This document shows positions 1 to 9,894 of a DNA stretch of 64,000 nt, one piece after another. A model generated the notes under the pieces. That model was not told the DNA's origin. It ran no database searches and saw only the letters and a list, made by a program, of their open reading frames with translations. A program made the position numbers and the translations under genes. The number at the start of each line of letters is the position of its first letter. Position 1 is the first letter of the stretch. The stretch lies in assembly GCA_965223545.1 (NCBI GenBank), contig OZ245006.1:7712001-7776000 (forward strand), written 5' to 3'. The DNA comes from Planctomycetota bacterium (GTDB lineage: Bacteria > Planctomycetota > UBA1135 > UBA2386).

Positions 1-22
1 TGCTTGTGATAAGCCAGGGCTT

Positions 23-472
23 GTGAGTGAAGCGATGCGAGAGGCGCGCGACCCGGTGCTGGACGACGTCGGCCAGGCCGCCTTGCGGCTGATGGCGGGA
101 ACCGTGAGCCGAAAGCAGCTCGCCGCGCTGCGCAAGGAGCTGTTGCGGAGTCCCGAATCCTATCCATGGCGCGAGACCACCGACGCGATCCTGCGCGTGG
201 AGGTCGACGACGAGCGCCTGCTCCAGCAGGGGCTGCGCGCGCAGCGGGACTGGGTGGTGCGCGGCGGGCGCGAGACCCCCAAACCGTCGGTGAAGCACCG
301 CTCCAAGAACTTCGTCGCCTATCTGCTGTCGCGGGCGATCTTCTTCGTGCTCTACACCGGCGCGGTCGTCGTGTTGTTGGTGTTGTTGAAAGCAAAGTGG
401 CCGCAGATCGACATCTACGCTGCCAACGACTGGCTCAGCGGGGTCCTGCCGGCGGTCTTCGGGCCGCGCTGA
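23..472 (+). CDS. hypothetical membrane protein
   Basis: 149-aa ORF with host-like codon usage and a C-terminal hydrophobic helix (AIFFVLYTGAVVVLLVLL). Confidence 0.7.
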   Translation: MSEAMREARDPVLDDVGQAALRLMAGTVSRKQLAALRKELLRSPESYPWRETTDAILRVEVDDERLLQQGLRAQRDWVVRGGRETPKPSVKHRSKNFVAYLLSRAIFFVLYTGAVVVLLVLLKAKWPQIDIYAANDWLSGVLPAVFGPR

Positions 473-715
473 GGCGGGCCGGTGTAGCGCTGCGGCGGCC
501 GCGGAGGGGCCGCGTCGCGCTGGGTGCCGTGCCAGCGGGCGCTCGCGCCGCGCCCGGCCGAGCGGCGGTGCAAATTTGTGGAAGAGGTGTTGAAACCCGG
601 GGGAGACCCGGGCACACTATTCCGCAGTTGGCAGACGCGGGGCCGCCCGCGCGCGCCACTGCCGAAACCGCGGCAACCCGCAGCAGTTTCTTCTGTCCGA
701 ATCTGGTACACCGGA

Positions 716-782
716 GGGAACGCTGTGGGGTGGAGACTGAAATCCCCCTCCCTAACCGCCCTCTCCATTCCATAGCATTCCC
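716..782 (+). ncRNA. candidate structured RNA (21-bp stem, C-rich loop) upstream of tyrS
   Basis: 716-736 pairs with 762-782 (one mismatch, three G-U); loop 737-761 contains CCCCCTCCCT; followed by a terminator. Confidence 0.45.
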
Positions 783-786
783 CTTA

Positions 787-824
787 CGGGCCTCAGCACT
801 GACCGGCTGAGGCCCGGTTTTTTT
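787..824 (+). terminator. intrinsic terminator 14 nt upstream of the tyrS start
   Basis: CGGGCCTCAGC / GCTGAGGCCCG 11-bp stem followed by GTTTTTTT. Confidence 0.85.
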
Positions 825-838
825 AACCCCTGCGCTCC

Positions 839-2125
839 ATGCCCCACGACCTCGTCGCCGACTTACAGCAGCGAGGGCTTCTCTACCAGACGACCAGCCC
901 CGAGCTCGCCGATTGGTTGGCGGCGCAGCCGGTCACCGGCTACATCGGCTTCGACCCCACCGCCGACTCGCTGCACGTCGGCAGCCTGCTGCAGGTCGTG
1001 CTGTTGCGCCGGCTGCAGCGCGCCGGCCACCGGCCGATCGCGTTGATCGGCGGCGCCACCGGCATGGTCGGCGACCCGAGCGGCAAGCAGGGCGAGCGCT
1101 CCCTGCTGGACGCGGACGCGCTGGCGCACAACACGCGCGCGCTGCGCGCGCAGATCGCGGGTCTGCTCGACTGCGAGGGCGAGCGCGGTGCGGTGCTGGT
1201 CGACAACCTCGATTGGTTCGCGCGCATGCCGCTGCTCCAGTTCTTGCGCGACGTCGGTAAGCACTTCACCGTCAACCAGATGGTGGCGCGGGACTCGGTG
1301 AAGCCGCGGCTCGAGGATCCCGAGCGCTGGATCTCGTACACCGAGTTCAGCTACGTGCTGCTGCAGGCCTACGACTTCTTGGCGCTGCACGACCGCCACG
1401 AGTGCCGGTTGCAGCTCGGCGGCAGCGATCAGTGGGGCAACATCGTCTCGGGTTGTGATCTCGTGCGGCGCCAGCGCGACACGGTGGTGCACGGCATCAC
1501 CGTTCCGCTGCTGACCAAGGCCGACGGAACAAAGTTCGGCAAGAGCGAGGCCAGCAACGTCTGGCTCGATCCCGCGCGCACCAGCGCTTACGAGTTCTAC
1601 CAGTTCTGGCTCAACGCCGCCGATGCCGACGTCGGCCGCCTGCTGCGCTACTGCTCGTTCCGCACCGTCGAGGAGATCGAAGGGCTCGAGCTCGAGGCCG
1701 CGCGGCAGCCGGCCGCGCGCGCGGCGCAGCGCGCCCTGGCCGAGGAGATGACCGATCTCGTGCACGGCACGGCGCTGCGGCGCCAGGCCGAGGCGACCAG
1801 CGCGGTGCTGTTCGGCGGCGGCGATTGGCGCTCGCTGTCGGCGGACCAGCTGGCCGACGCGCTGCGCGGCTCGCCGCGCACCCGCGTCGACCGGCAGCGG
1901 CTGGCGGGACCCGACGGCGGCTTGGTCGCACTGTTGGCCGAAACCGGCCTGTGCCCGTCGCGCGGCCAGGCGCGGCAGGCGGTGAGCAGCGGCGCGGTGG
2001 CGGTCAATGGTGAGCGGATCACCGACCCGCAGGCGCGCCTGAGCGCCGGCGATCTGTTGGCGGAGCGCTTCGTCGTACTGCGCCGCGGCAAGAAGGCCTA
2101 CCACGTGCTCGAGGTCGAATCGTAG
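839..2125 (+). CDS. tyrS: tyrosine--tRNA ligase
   Basis: GFDPTADSLHVG (HIGH), QLGGSDQWGNI, KFGKS (KMSKS), C-terminal S4-like RRGKK. Confidence 0.97.
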   Translation: MPHDLVADLQQRGLLYQTTSPELADWLAAQPVTGYIGFDPTADSLHVGSLLQVVLLRRLQRAGHRPIALIGGATGMVGDPSGKQGERSLLDADALAHNTRALRAQIAGLLDCEGERGAVLVDNLDWFARMPLLQFLRDVGKHFTVNQMVARDSVKPRLEDPERWISYTEFSYVLLQAYDFLALHDRHECRLQLGGSDQWGNIVSGCDLVRRQRDTVVHGITVPLLTKADGTKFGKSEASNVWLDPARTSAYEFYQFWLNAADADVGRLLRYCSFRTVEEIEGLELEAARQPAARAAQRALAEEMTDLVHGTALRRQAEATSAVLFGGGDWRSLSADQLADALRGSPRTRVDRQRLAGPDGGLVALLAETGLCPSRGQARQAVSSGAVAVNGERITDPQARLSAGDLLAERFVVLRRGKKAYHVLEVES

Positions 2126-2227
2126 CGAGCCGCGGCGGCCGGCGGCCGATAGAGAAGCAAGCGTGCGGCCGGGCAGGGTCTTGTCGCCGCGCGGTGCTTC
2201 GGGCAGGGTGAGGTCACAGCACAAGCG

Positions 2228-2914
2228 ATGACGAGGGGCTTTCGCAGCAGTGCCGGCGCGCCGGCGAGCAGTGGGGGCGGCGGCGGCCGGATCGCCGGTC
2301 GCTTCGCCGCGAGTACGGCCAACGCCGCCGCCGAGGCGCCGTTCTCGCACGCCCAGATCCTGCGGCTGATGAAGGGCGAGTTCGCGCGCGGCCGGCGGCA
2401 CGGCTTCGCCGTCTCCTGCGTGTTGATCCGGCCGGACGGCTTCGCCGCTCTGCTCGCGACCCACGGGCGGCCGCTGATCGACGCGGTGCGAGGTGAGCTC
2501 GCCAAGCTGGTCAACGAGCGCACGCGGACTGCGGATCAGCTGGGCATTCTCGGTGAGGACCGGCTGCTGCTGTTGCTGCCGCACACCGACGACCGGCAGG
2601 CCTGCGCCGTCGGCCATCGGCTGCGCGCCGAGTTCGGCAGGCTCGAGGTGTCGGTGGGGGGCGAGCCGGTGGCGCTGAGCTTGAGTCTGGCGGTGGCGAC
2701 CTGCGACGACCGCGACACGATGTTCTTCGACACCATGCTGGCCCGCGCCGAGGTCGCGCTCGAGTGGGCGGCGGAGACCGGGGGCGACCGCGTGGTCTCT
2801 TTCAACGCCGAACGCTACGTGGCGGAGACCGGCGAAGACGAGCCGTCGCCGCCGCCCGCGCTGGCGACCCCGACTCCCGCGCGGCGCGCCACCGACCGGC
2901 CGGGCGCGGAGTAG
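2228..2914 (+). CDS. degenerate GGDEF-domain protein
   Basis: GGDEF-like fold pattern (EFARGRRHG..SCVLI; LSLSLAVA; AAETGGDRV); signature reads GEDRL; RTAD I-site retained. Confidence 0.75.
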   Translation: MTRGFRSSAGAPASSGGGGGRIAGRFAASTANAAAEAPFSHAQILRLMKGEFARGRRHGFAVSCVLIRPDGFAALLATHGRPLIDAVRGELAKLVNERTRTADQLGILGEDRLLLLLPHTDDRQACAVGHRLRAEFGRLEVSVGGEPVALSLSLAVATCDDRDTMFFDTMLARAEVALEWAAETGGDRVVSFNAERYVAETGEDEPSPPPALATPTPARRATDRPGAE

Positions 2915-2988
2915 GCGCCCCGCGCGCTGCCGGCGCGCCCGGTGCTCGAGGCGAGCGTCGAGGGCTCCGCTCCGGTAGCCTGGCCTTC

Positions 2989-4332
2989 ATGAAGCTGTTG
3001 TTGGTCGAGGACGAGAAGACGATCGCCCTCACCTTGGGGGACGATCTGCGCGCCGCCGGACACGACGTGACGGTGACCGGTGACGGGCGGGAGGCGCTGT
3101 CGATCCTCCACGAGCAGGTGTTCGACGCGGTGATCACCGACGTGCGGCTGCCCGGCGCGGATGGTCTGCAAGTACTGGAAGCCGCCAAGCGCGGCCGGCC
3201 CGACACCGAGGTCTTGGTGATGACGGCCTACGCGACGATCGAGCACGCGGTGGCCGCGATGCGCGCCGGCGCGGACGACTACATCCAGAAGCCGTTCTTG
3301 AACGACGCCCTGATCGAGCGGCTCAACCGGATCTCGCAGCTGCGGTCGCTGCTCGACGAGAACCGCAAGCTGAAAGAGGATCTGCGCGGCGACGGCGGTC
3401 TGCCCGGGATGATCGGCCAGAGCCGGGCCATGCAGGACGTGATGCGGGTGGTGCGGACCGTCGCGCCGACCGACGCGTCGGTGTTGGTGGAGGGCGAGAG
3501 CGGTACCGGCAAGGAGTGCGTGGCGCGCGCGATCCACAAGTTGTCGTCCCGGGCCGAGCAGCCCTTCGTCGCCCTGTCGTGCGCGGCGTTGCCGGAAACA
3601 CTGCTGGAGACCGAGCTGTTCGGCCACGAGCGCGGCGCGTTCACCGACGCGGGCAAGCTGCGGCGCGGCCGGTTCGAGCTCGCCAGCGGCGGCACGATCT
3701 TTCTCGACGACATCGACGACATGCCGCTCGTCACTCAGGTCAAGCTGTTGCGCGTGATCCAAGAGCGGGAGTTCGAGCGCGTCGGCGGCGAGCAGACCGT
3801 GCAGGTGGACATCCGCGTCATCTCGGCGACCAAGGCTCGGTTGCTGGACCTGGTGCGGGAGGGCAAGTTTCGCGAGGACTTGTTCTACCGGCTCAATGTC
3901 GTGCCGATCCAGCTGCCGCCGCTGCGCGACCGCGAGGGCGACGTGCCGCTGCTGGCGCAGCACTTCGTGCGCAAGCTGGGAGACCACTCGCGCTACACGA
4001 TCAAGACCAGCGTGCTCGAGGCGATGAGCGGCTATGCCTGGCCCGGCAACGTCCGCGAGCTGGAGAACCACGTCGCCCAGGCGATCGCGATGTCGGGCAC
4101 GTCGACCGTGCTGAAGAAGGAGCACTTGCTGCCCGTCGACAAGTCGCGGCGCGCGGCGCTCGAGCCACCGACGGCGCTGGAGACGCTGCGCGAAGTGTTG
4201 GTGCGCGCCGAGCGACAACACCTCGCCCACGTGCTCAAGGCGGTCGGCGGGCACCGCACCAAGGCCGCGTCCGTGCTCGGCATCAGCCGCAAGGTGTTGT
4301 GGGAGAAGCTCAAGGACTACGGGATCGAGTGA
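2989..4332 (+). CDS. sigma54-dependent response regulator (NtrC/AtoC family)
   Basis: receiver domain, GESGTGKE, GAFTDA, FREDLFYRLNV, WPGNVRELEN, Fis-type HTH. Confidence 0.93.
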   Translation: MKLLLVEDEKTIALTLGDDLRAAGHDVTVTGDGREALSILHEQVFDAVITDVRLPGADGLQVLEAAKRGRPDTEVLVMTAYATIEHAVAAMRAGADDYIQKPFLNDALIERLNRISQLRSLLDENRKLKEDLRGDGGLPGMIGQSRAMQDVMRVVRTVAPTDASVLVEGESGTGKECVARAIHKLSSRAEQPFVALSCAALPETLLETELFGHERGAFTDAGKLRRGRFELASGGTIFLDDIDDMPLVTQVKLLRVIQEREFERVGGEQTVQVDIRVISATKARLLDLVREGKFREDLFYRLNVVPIQLPPLRDREGDVPLLAQHFVRKLGDHSRYTIKTSVLEAMSGYAWPGNVRELENHVAQAIAMSGTSTVLKKEHLLPVDKSRRAALEPPTALETLREVLVRAERQHLAHVLKAVGGHRTKAASVLGISRKVLWEKLKDYGIE

Positions 4333-6446
4333 TGCCGGCGTCTGCCGAACGCCCTTGCGCGCGCTTTGTGGCGTGCGTGGCCACCGTGGCCTTCGTGGTG
4401 GGGGGCGCGGCGGCACAGGCGCCCGCGGTGCCCGAGTGGACCGGCTTCGAGCGCATCCTGTGGCTGCACGGCGGGCCGCCGCGCGACGCCGCGCTGTTCG
4501 ACACGGTCCGCGCGCTCGGCTTCACCGCGGTGAGCGTCGCCGCGGAGGAAGATGCCTCGGTGCCGGCGCGCCACGGCCTGCGCTTCTACCGCGACCAGAT
4601 CGCCGGCAAGGGCGTGCTCGAGCTGCGCGACGCCGAGTGGCTCGATTGTCAGAAGGCCTATCAAGAGCACCGCCGCAGGGACGCCCTGCAGCGGCCGGCG
4701 TGCTTGGCCAGCGACGCCGCCCGCGCCGCCCTGGACGAGACCACGGCGCGGCGTCTGGCGGCGGTGCAGGCGCACGGTCCGATCGCGGTGTCGCTCGGCG
4801 ACGAGATCTCGGTGACGCGTCGCGGCAACCCGCTCGACTTCTGCTTCGGCGAAGACTGTTTGCGCGCGTTCCAGCGTTTTGCCGCCGCCGCGCACGGCGA
4901 CGTCGACCGGATCAACCGGGAGTGGGGCACCGAGTTCGCCGCGCTGGACCAGGTGCGCCCGCTGACCACCGACGAGGTGCGCGAGCGCGCGCTGATCACC
5001 GGTGCGCTGCCCGGTGGGCTGGCGGTGTGGCACGACCACTTGCGCTTCAAGGAGCAGCAGCTCGCGGCCGCGGTGGCACGGGTCGCGGCGATGGTGGACG
5101 CAGCCCTGCCCGGCGTGCCGCGCGGGCTGACCGGGATGCAGCCGCCGGCGGCCTTCGGTGGGCACGACTACCGGTTGTTGCTGCCCGACGCCACGTTCTA
5201 CGAGGTCTACGACATCGGCGGCGCGCGCGATTTGGCGATGTGCCTGGCGCCGCGGGGAGCGCGCCAGGTGCGCACGCTGTTCGCCGACGAGTGGGCACGC
5301 GCGCTCATGCCGGCGCGCGTGTTCGACCTCGTCGCGCACGGCATGTCCGGGATCATCATCTGGAGTGCCGGCGACGCGATCGCGCCGGCCGGCGAGCCGA
5401 CCGCTTTCGGCTTGGCCGTGCGCAACGCGTTCGCGGCCTTGGGCGCGGCGGCCGCGGCGGCCGCCGGCAGCGAGCTGCTCCGCGATCCGGTGTGGCTGGT
5501 CGAATCACAGGCGTCGGTGCGCGCGCACTGGATGCTGGACTCTGCCGCCGACGGTGGCTCGTGGCTGCGGCGGCTGTCGAGCTACGAGGCCGAGCACAGC
5601 ACCAGCCAGGCGGCGCGGCACTCGTGGACCAAGGTGTTCGAGGACCTCGGCCTGCAACCCCGCTGGGTGCTCGTCGAGCAGCTCGCCGAGCGGCTGCAGG
5701 TCGCCCCGCCGCGCCTCGTCGTGCTGCCCGCGTTGCTGGCGCTGAGCGATGCCCAGGCGGCGGCCATCGAGAGCTATGTCGCCGCCGGCGGCACGGTGCT
5801 CGCCGACCACGGCACGGGGGTGTACGACGAGCGGCTGCGGCCCCGCCGGCAGGGCGTACTCGACGAGGTGTTCGGCTTGCACGAGCGCAGCGCGCGCCTG
5901 GCCGATCTGAGCGTGCGCGGTGGTCGGGCCGACGCCGCGCGGCTGGCCAGCGGTGTCGGCGTGGCCGAACCCCGGCTGCGGGGCGCCCTGGGCGAGCCGC
6001 ACGGCGAGAACCACGTGCACTTCGAGCACCGGCACGGCGACGGCCGCGCCGTCTACTTCAACCTCGCCGTCTGCGAGTATGGCCGGCTCCGGCTCGACCC
6101 CGATGCGGTGGCCGCCGCGCGCGACCTCCGCGCGCGGGTGCGCCGGGTGACCCGCGACGCCGGCGTGCGGCCGCCGGTCGAGGTCGTCGGCGATGGGTTG
6201 CCGACCTTGATCGAGCGCACCCGGCTGCGCACTGCCGACGGCCGGATGCTGGTCGCGGTGCGCATCAACGCCCTGGACGAGCCGGCGCAGATGGCGGCGA
6301 TCGTCGCGCGCGGCCCCCGGCCGGTGCGCCTGCATTTCCCCGAGCCCGTGGATGCCACGGATCTCGTGTCGGGCGAGGAGCTCCGTGGCCGGGTGCTCGC
6401 CACTCGGCTGCCGCCCTTGACCGGGCTGTTGCTCGAGATCCGCTGA
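4332..6446 (+). CDS. secreted glycoside hydrolase-like protein (GH42/beta-galactosidase trimerisation-like domain)
   Basis: signal-like N-terminus; SLGDEIS; INREWGTEF..LDQVRP; LVVLPALLALSDAQAAAIESYVAAGGTVLAD; ATG overlaps upstream TGA. Confidence 0.6.
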   Translation: MPASAERPCARFVACVATVAFVVGGAAAQAPAVPEWTGFERILWLHGGPPRDAALFDTVRALGFTAVSVAAEEDASVPARHGLRFYRDQIAGKGVLELRDAEWLDCQKAYQEHRRRDALQRPACLASDAARAALDETTARRLAAVQAHGPIAVSLGDEISVTRRGNPLDFCFGEDCLRAFQRFAAAAHGDVDRINREWGTEFAALDQVRPLTTDEVRERALITGALPGGLAVWHDHLRFKEQQLAAAVARVAAMVDAALPGVPRGLTGMQPPAAFGGHDYRLLLPDATFYEVYDIGGARDLAMCLAPRGARQVRTLFADEWARALMPARVFDLVAHGMSGIIIWSAGDAIAPAGEPTAFGLAVRNAFAALGAAAAAAAGSELLRDPVWLVESQASVRAHWMLDSAADGGSWLRRLSSYEAEHSTSQAARHSWTKVFEDLGLQPRWVLVEQLAERLQVAPPRLVVLPALLALSDAQAAAIESYVAAGGTVLADHGTGVYDERLRPRRQGVLDEVFGLHERSARLADLSVRGGRADAARLASGVGVAEPRLRGALGEPHGENHVHFEHRHGDGRAVYFNLAVCEYGRLRLDPDAVAAARDLRARVRRVTRDAGVRPPVEVVGDGLPTLIERTRLRTADGRMLVAVRINALDEPAQMAAIVARGPRPVRLHFPEPVDATDLVSGEELRGRVLATRLPPLTGLLLEIR

Positions 6447-6535
6447 AGCAGCCACGAGCCCGAGGCTTTGATCGTGCGGAGACGCTACACTGCCGGGCTG
6501 CCGTGGCGGCGCTCAGGCCGCCGCAAGACGTTCGC

Positions 6536-7252
6536 ATGAGCAAGTCCCCATCCTCATCCCCGTGTGATCCACAGACGCTGCGCGATGTGGTCGCCATCGA
6601 CGGTCCGTCGGGCGCCGGCAAGAGCACGGTGGCGCGGGCGTTGGCGTCCGCGCTGGGCTACGCCTACCTCGACACCGGCGCGATGTACCGGGCGGTGACG
6701 TGGGCGCTGCTCGAGCGCAACGTCGACGCCGCGGACGGCGCGGGGGTGCAAGCCGTCGTCGCCGATCTCGACCTGCGGCTCGACGCCTGCGGGGCGCTGC
6801 GCATCGGCGAGCGCGACGTGCGCTCGCACCTGCGCTCGCACGAGGTCGAGTCGCGGGTCTCGGCGGTCTCGGCGATCCCGGCGGTGCGCTCCCGCATGCG
6901 CGAGCTGCAGCGCCGCGTGGCGTTGGCCGGACCGGTGGTCGCCGAGGGACGCGACATGGGGTCGGTGGTGTTCCCCGCGGCGCGGTGGAAGCTGTATCTG
7001 GACGCCTCGGCCGACGAGCGCGCCCGCCGGCGACACCGGGACTTTCTCGCCGCCGGCCGCGACGTGTCCGAGGAGATGGTGCGCGAGGAGATGGCCGTGC
7101 GGGACTCTCTCGACAGCACGCGCCGAGACGCGCCGCTGCGGCGCGCCGACGACGCCACCTACTTCGATACCACCGGCCTGAGCATCGCGGAGGTCGTGCA
7201 AGCGTTGGTGCGCATGGTGCGCGGGCAGGGGGAGGCCGGGGCGGAGTCGTGA
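6536..7252 (+). CDS. cmk: cytidylate kinase
   Basis: AIDGPSGAGKST, YLDTGAMYRA, VAEGRDMGSVVFP. Confidence 0.95.
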   Translation: MSKSPSSSPCDPQTLRDVVAIDGPSGAGKSTVARALASALGYAYLDTGAMYRAVTWALLERNVDAADGAGVQAVVADLDLRLDACGALRIGERDVRSHLRSHEVESRVSAVSAIPAVRSRMRELQRRVALAGPVVAEGRDMGSVVFPAARWKLYLDASADERARRRHRDFLAAGRDVSEEMVREEMAVRDSLDSTRRDAPLRRADDATYFDTTGLSIAEVVQALVRMVRGQGEAGAES

Positions 7253-7938
7253 ACCGCTGGCTGCATGAGGTGAGCAAGCCGGTGACGCGCGGCATCCTGC
7301 GCGTGCTGTTTCGCTTCCGGGTGGAGTCGCCGATGCCGGCCACCGCGGGCCCGACGGTCATCGTCGCCAACCACTCGAGCTACCTGGATCCGGCCATCGT
7401 CGGCTCCACCTGCCCGCGGCAGTGCCACTTCTTCGCCCGCGAGAGCCTTCGCCGCATCCCCTTGGTAGGGCGGTGGATGGCGGCGGTCGGCACGGTCTTC
7501 GTCGACCGGGATGCGCCGGCGACGGCCGCGCTCCAGCAGCTGCTGGACGTGCTGCGTGAGGGCGGTGCGGTGATCGTCTTCCCCGAGGGCACGCGGTCGG
7601 TCGACGGGAGGGTGGCGCCGTTCAAGCGCGGCGTCCTCCTTTTGGTGAAGAAAACCGGTGCCACCGTTGTGCCGGCCGGAGTCCGCGGTAGCTTCGAGGC
7701 CTTTCCCCGGGGCCGCAGGTTCCCGAGGCTGTTCCGCCGGTGCTCCATCGCCTATGGGGCGGAGATGCGCGCCGACGAGGTCACAGCCGACGGAGGACTG
7801 GACGAGCTGCGCCGGCGGGTCGCTCTGCTGAGCGGCTACCCGCAGTCCGATGCCGTTCCGCCCGCGACTCCGACGCCCCGACCGTCCTCGACGGATCCAG
7901 GTCCGCAGCGGCGGGTCTTGGACTCGCCGGCGCGGTGA
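7249..7938 (+). CDS. plsC: 1-acyl-sn-glycerol-3-phosphate acyltransferase
   Basis: NHSSYLD and FPEGTRS motifs; cmk-plsC-rpsA synteny. Confidence 0.88.
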   Translation: MNRWLHEVSKPVTRGILRVLFRFRVESPMPATAGPTVIVANHSSYLDPAIVGSTCPRQCHFFARESLRRIPLVGRWMAAVGTVFVDRDAPATAALQQLLDVLREGGAVIVFPEGTRSVDGRVAPFKRGVLLLVKKTGATVVPAGVRGSFEAFPRGRRFPRLFRRCSIAYGAEMRADEVTADGGLDELRRRVALLSGYPQSDAVPPATPTPRPSSTDPGPQRRVLDSPAR

Positions 7939-7998
7939 CCCCGGGGTGGTCCCGATCACTGTCTTCCCTTCGTTCTCAGCTGGCCCCCATTCTCATTG

Positions 7999-9894
7999 AT
8001 GCACGGTAAGCAACTCGTCAAACGATTCGCCATGGACCCCGACGAGCTGGACAGGCTCACCAACGAGGCCATGGGAGTGCAGACCCTGGACGACCTCGAC
8101 GCCGCGATGGCGGACACGGTCAACGAAATCGCCCCCAACCAGATCATCAAGGGCACGGTGTTGAGCGTGCTCGAGGACGGGGTCGTCGTCGTCGACGTGC
8201 GCTACAAGGCCGAAGGTCGCATTCCGCTGGACGAGTTCGAGGATCCCTCCCAAGTGCAGCCGGGGATGGAGATCGAGACCCTGGTCGAGGAGATCGTCGA
8301 TGCCGAGGGCCACATCGCGCTGAGCAAGCGCAAGGCCGATCGCATCCGCGGCTGGGAAAACATCATCGAGACCCACAAGGAGGGCGACGTGGTCAAGGGC
8401 GTCGCCCAGCGCAAGATCAAGGGCGGCCTCTTGGTCGACATCGGCGTGCCGGTCTTCTTGCCCGCCTCGCAGGTCAACATTCGCCGCACCGGCGACATCG
8501 GCGAGTGGATCGGCAAGGAGATCGAGGCGCGGATCATCAAGATCGACGAAGAGCGCATGAACATCGTCATCTCGCGGCGCAAGCTCATCGAAGAGGAGCG
8601 CGAGAAGCAGAAGGCGAAGTTGATGGAGGAGATCGACGAGGGCCAGGTCCGGACGGGCGTGGTCAAGAACATCGCCGACTTCGGCGTGTTCGTCGACCTC
8701 GGCGGCATCGACGGTCTGCTGCACATCACCGACATGACCTGGGGGCGCATCAACCACCCCTCGGAGATGGTCGCGATCGACGACGAGGTCGAGATCAAGA
8801 TCCTCAAGGTCGACCGCGAGCGCGAGCGCATCGCGCTCGGCATGAAGCAGAAGGAGCCCAGCCCCTGGGAGAACATCGAGGGCAAGTACCCGGTCGGCGC
8901 GCGCGTCACCGGCGAGGTCGTCAACCTCATGTCGTACGGCGCCTTCGTCAAGCTGGAAGACGGCGTCGAGGGCCTGGTGCACATCTCCGAGATGTCCTGG
9001 ACCAAGCGCGTCAACCACCCCAGCGAGGTCGTCAACGTCGGCGACCACGTCGAGGTCGTGGTGCTCGAGGTCAACCAGGAGAAGCAAGAGATCAGCCTCG
9101 GCATGAAGCAGACCGAGGTGAACCCGTGGGACATGGTGTCCCAGAACTACCCGCCGGGCACGGTGATCCGGGGTCGGGTGCGCAACCTGACCAACTACGG
9201 CGCGTTCATCGAGCTGCAGGAAGGCATCGACGGCCTGCTGCACATCACGGACATGTCGTGGACCAAGAAGATCACGCACCCTTCCGAGGTGGTGAAGAAG
9301 GGCGAGGAGATCGAGTGCGTCGTGCTCTCGGTCGATCAGGAGAAGAAGCGCATCGCGCTCGGTCTCAAGCAGCTGCAGCCTGATCCGTGGGCCGGTGACA
9401 TCCCGGCGCGCTACCACATCGGCGACAGCGTCCCCGGCACCGTCACCAAGATCACCAACTTCGGCGTGTTCGTCGAGCTCGAGTCCGGGCTCGAGGGCCT
9501 GCTGCACATCTCGGAGCTGGCCGACCACAAGGTCGACAACCCCGAAGACGTGGTCAAGGTCGGCCAGAAGGTCGAGGTGCGGGTGATCAAGATCGACCCC
9601 GACGAGCGCAAGATCGGCCTGACGCTGATCCAGGCCCACTTCGAGGGCGAAGAGCTCGAGTCGGCGGCTCCGGTCGAGGAGGAGGCGTCGACCGCTGCCG
9701 CGCCGGCGCCGCTGGGCACGTTGGCGACGCAGCTCAAGGACTTGGGCCAGCGCATGAGCGAGCGCGAAGCGGCGGCGTCCGGCGATCCCGAGCCGGTCGA
9801 GGCCGCCGAGGCGGCCGCCGAGGAGGGCGCGCCGGCGCCCGAGGCCAGCGCGGAGGGCGAGAGCGCGGCCGAGCCGAAGCCGGACGAGGCCTGA
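7999..9894 (+). CDS. rpsA: 30S ribosomal protein S1
   Basis: repeated S1 domains (FGVFVDLGGIDGLLHITDM, YGAFVKLEDGVEGLVHISEMSW); acidic tail. Confidence 0.97.
   Translation: MHGKQLVKRFAMDPDELDRLTNEAMGVQTLDDLDAAMADTVNEIAPNQIIKGTVLSVLEDGVVVVDVRYKAEGRIPLDEFEDPSQVQPGMEIETLVEEIVDAEGHIALSKRKADRIRGWENIIETHKEGDVVKGVAQRKIKGGLLVDIGVPVFLPASQVNIRRTGDIGEWIGKEIEARIIKIDEERMNIVISRRKLIEEEREKQKAKLMEEIDEGQVRTGVVKNIADFGVFVDLGGIDGLLHITDMTWGRINHPSEMVAIDDEVEIKILKVDRERERIALGMKQKEPSPWENIEGKYPVGARVTGEVVNLMSYGAFVKLEDGVEGLVHISEMSWTKRVNHPSEVVNVGDHVEVVVLEVNQEKQEISLGMKQTEVNPWDMVSQNYPPGTVIRGRVRNLTNYGAFIELQEGIDGLLHITDMSWTKKITHPSEVVKKGEEIECVVLSVDQEKKRIALGLKQLQPDPWAGDIPARYHIGDSVPGTVTKITNFGVFVELESGLEGLLHISELADHKVDNPEDVVKVGQKVEVRVIKIDPDERKIGLTLIQAHFEGEELESAAPVEEEASTAAAPAPLGTLATQLKDLGQRMSEREAAASGDPEPVEAAEAAAEEGAPAPEASAEGESAAEPKPDEA

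Noticed and set aside
716..740. Canonical T-box call
   Set aside because: UGGN is present but ACC/GCG and a recognisable stem I are missing; kept only as an unclassified RNA
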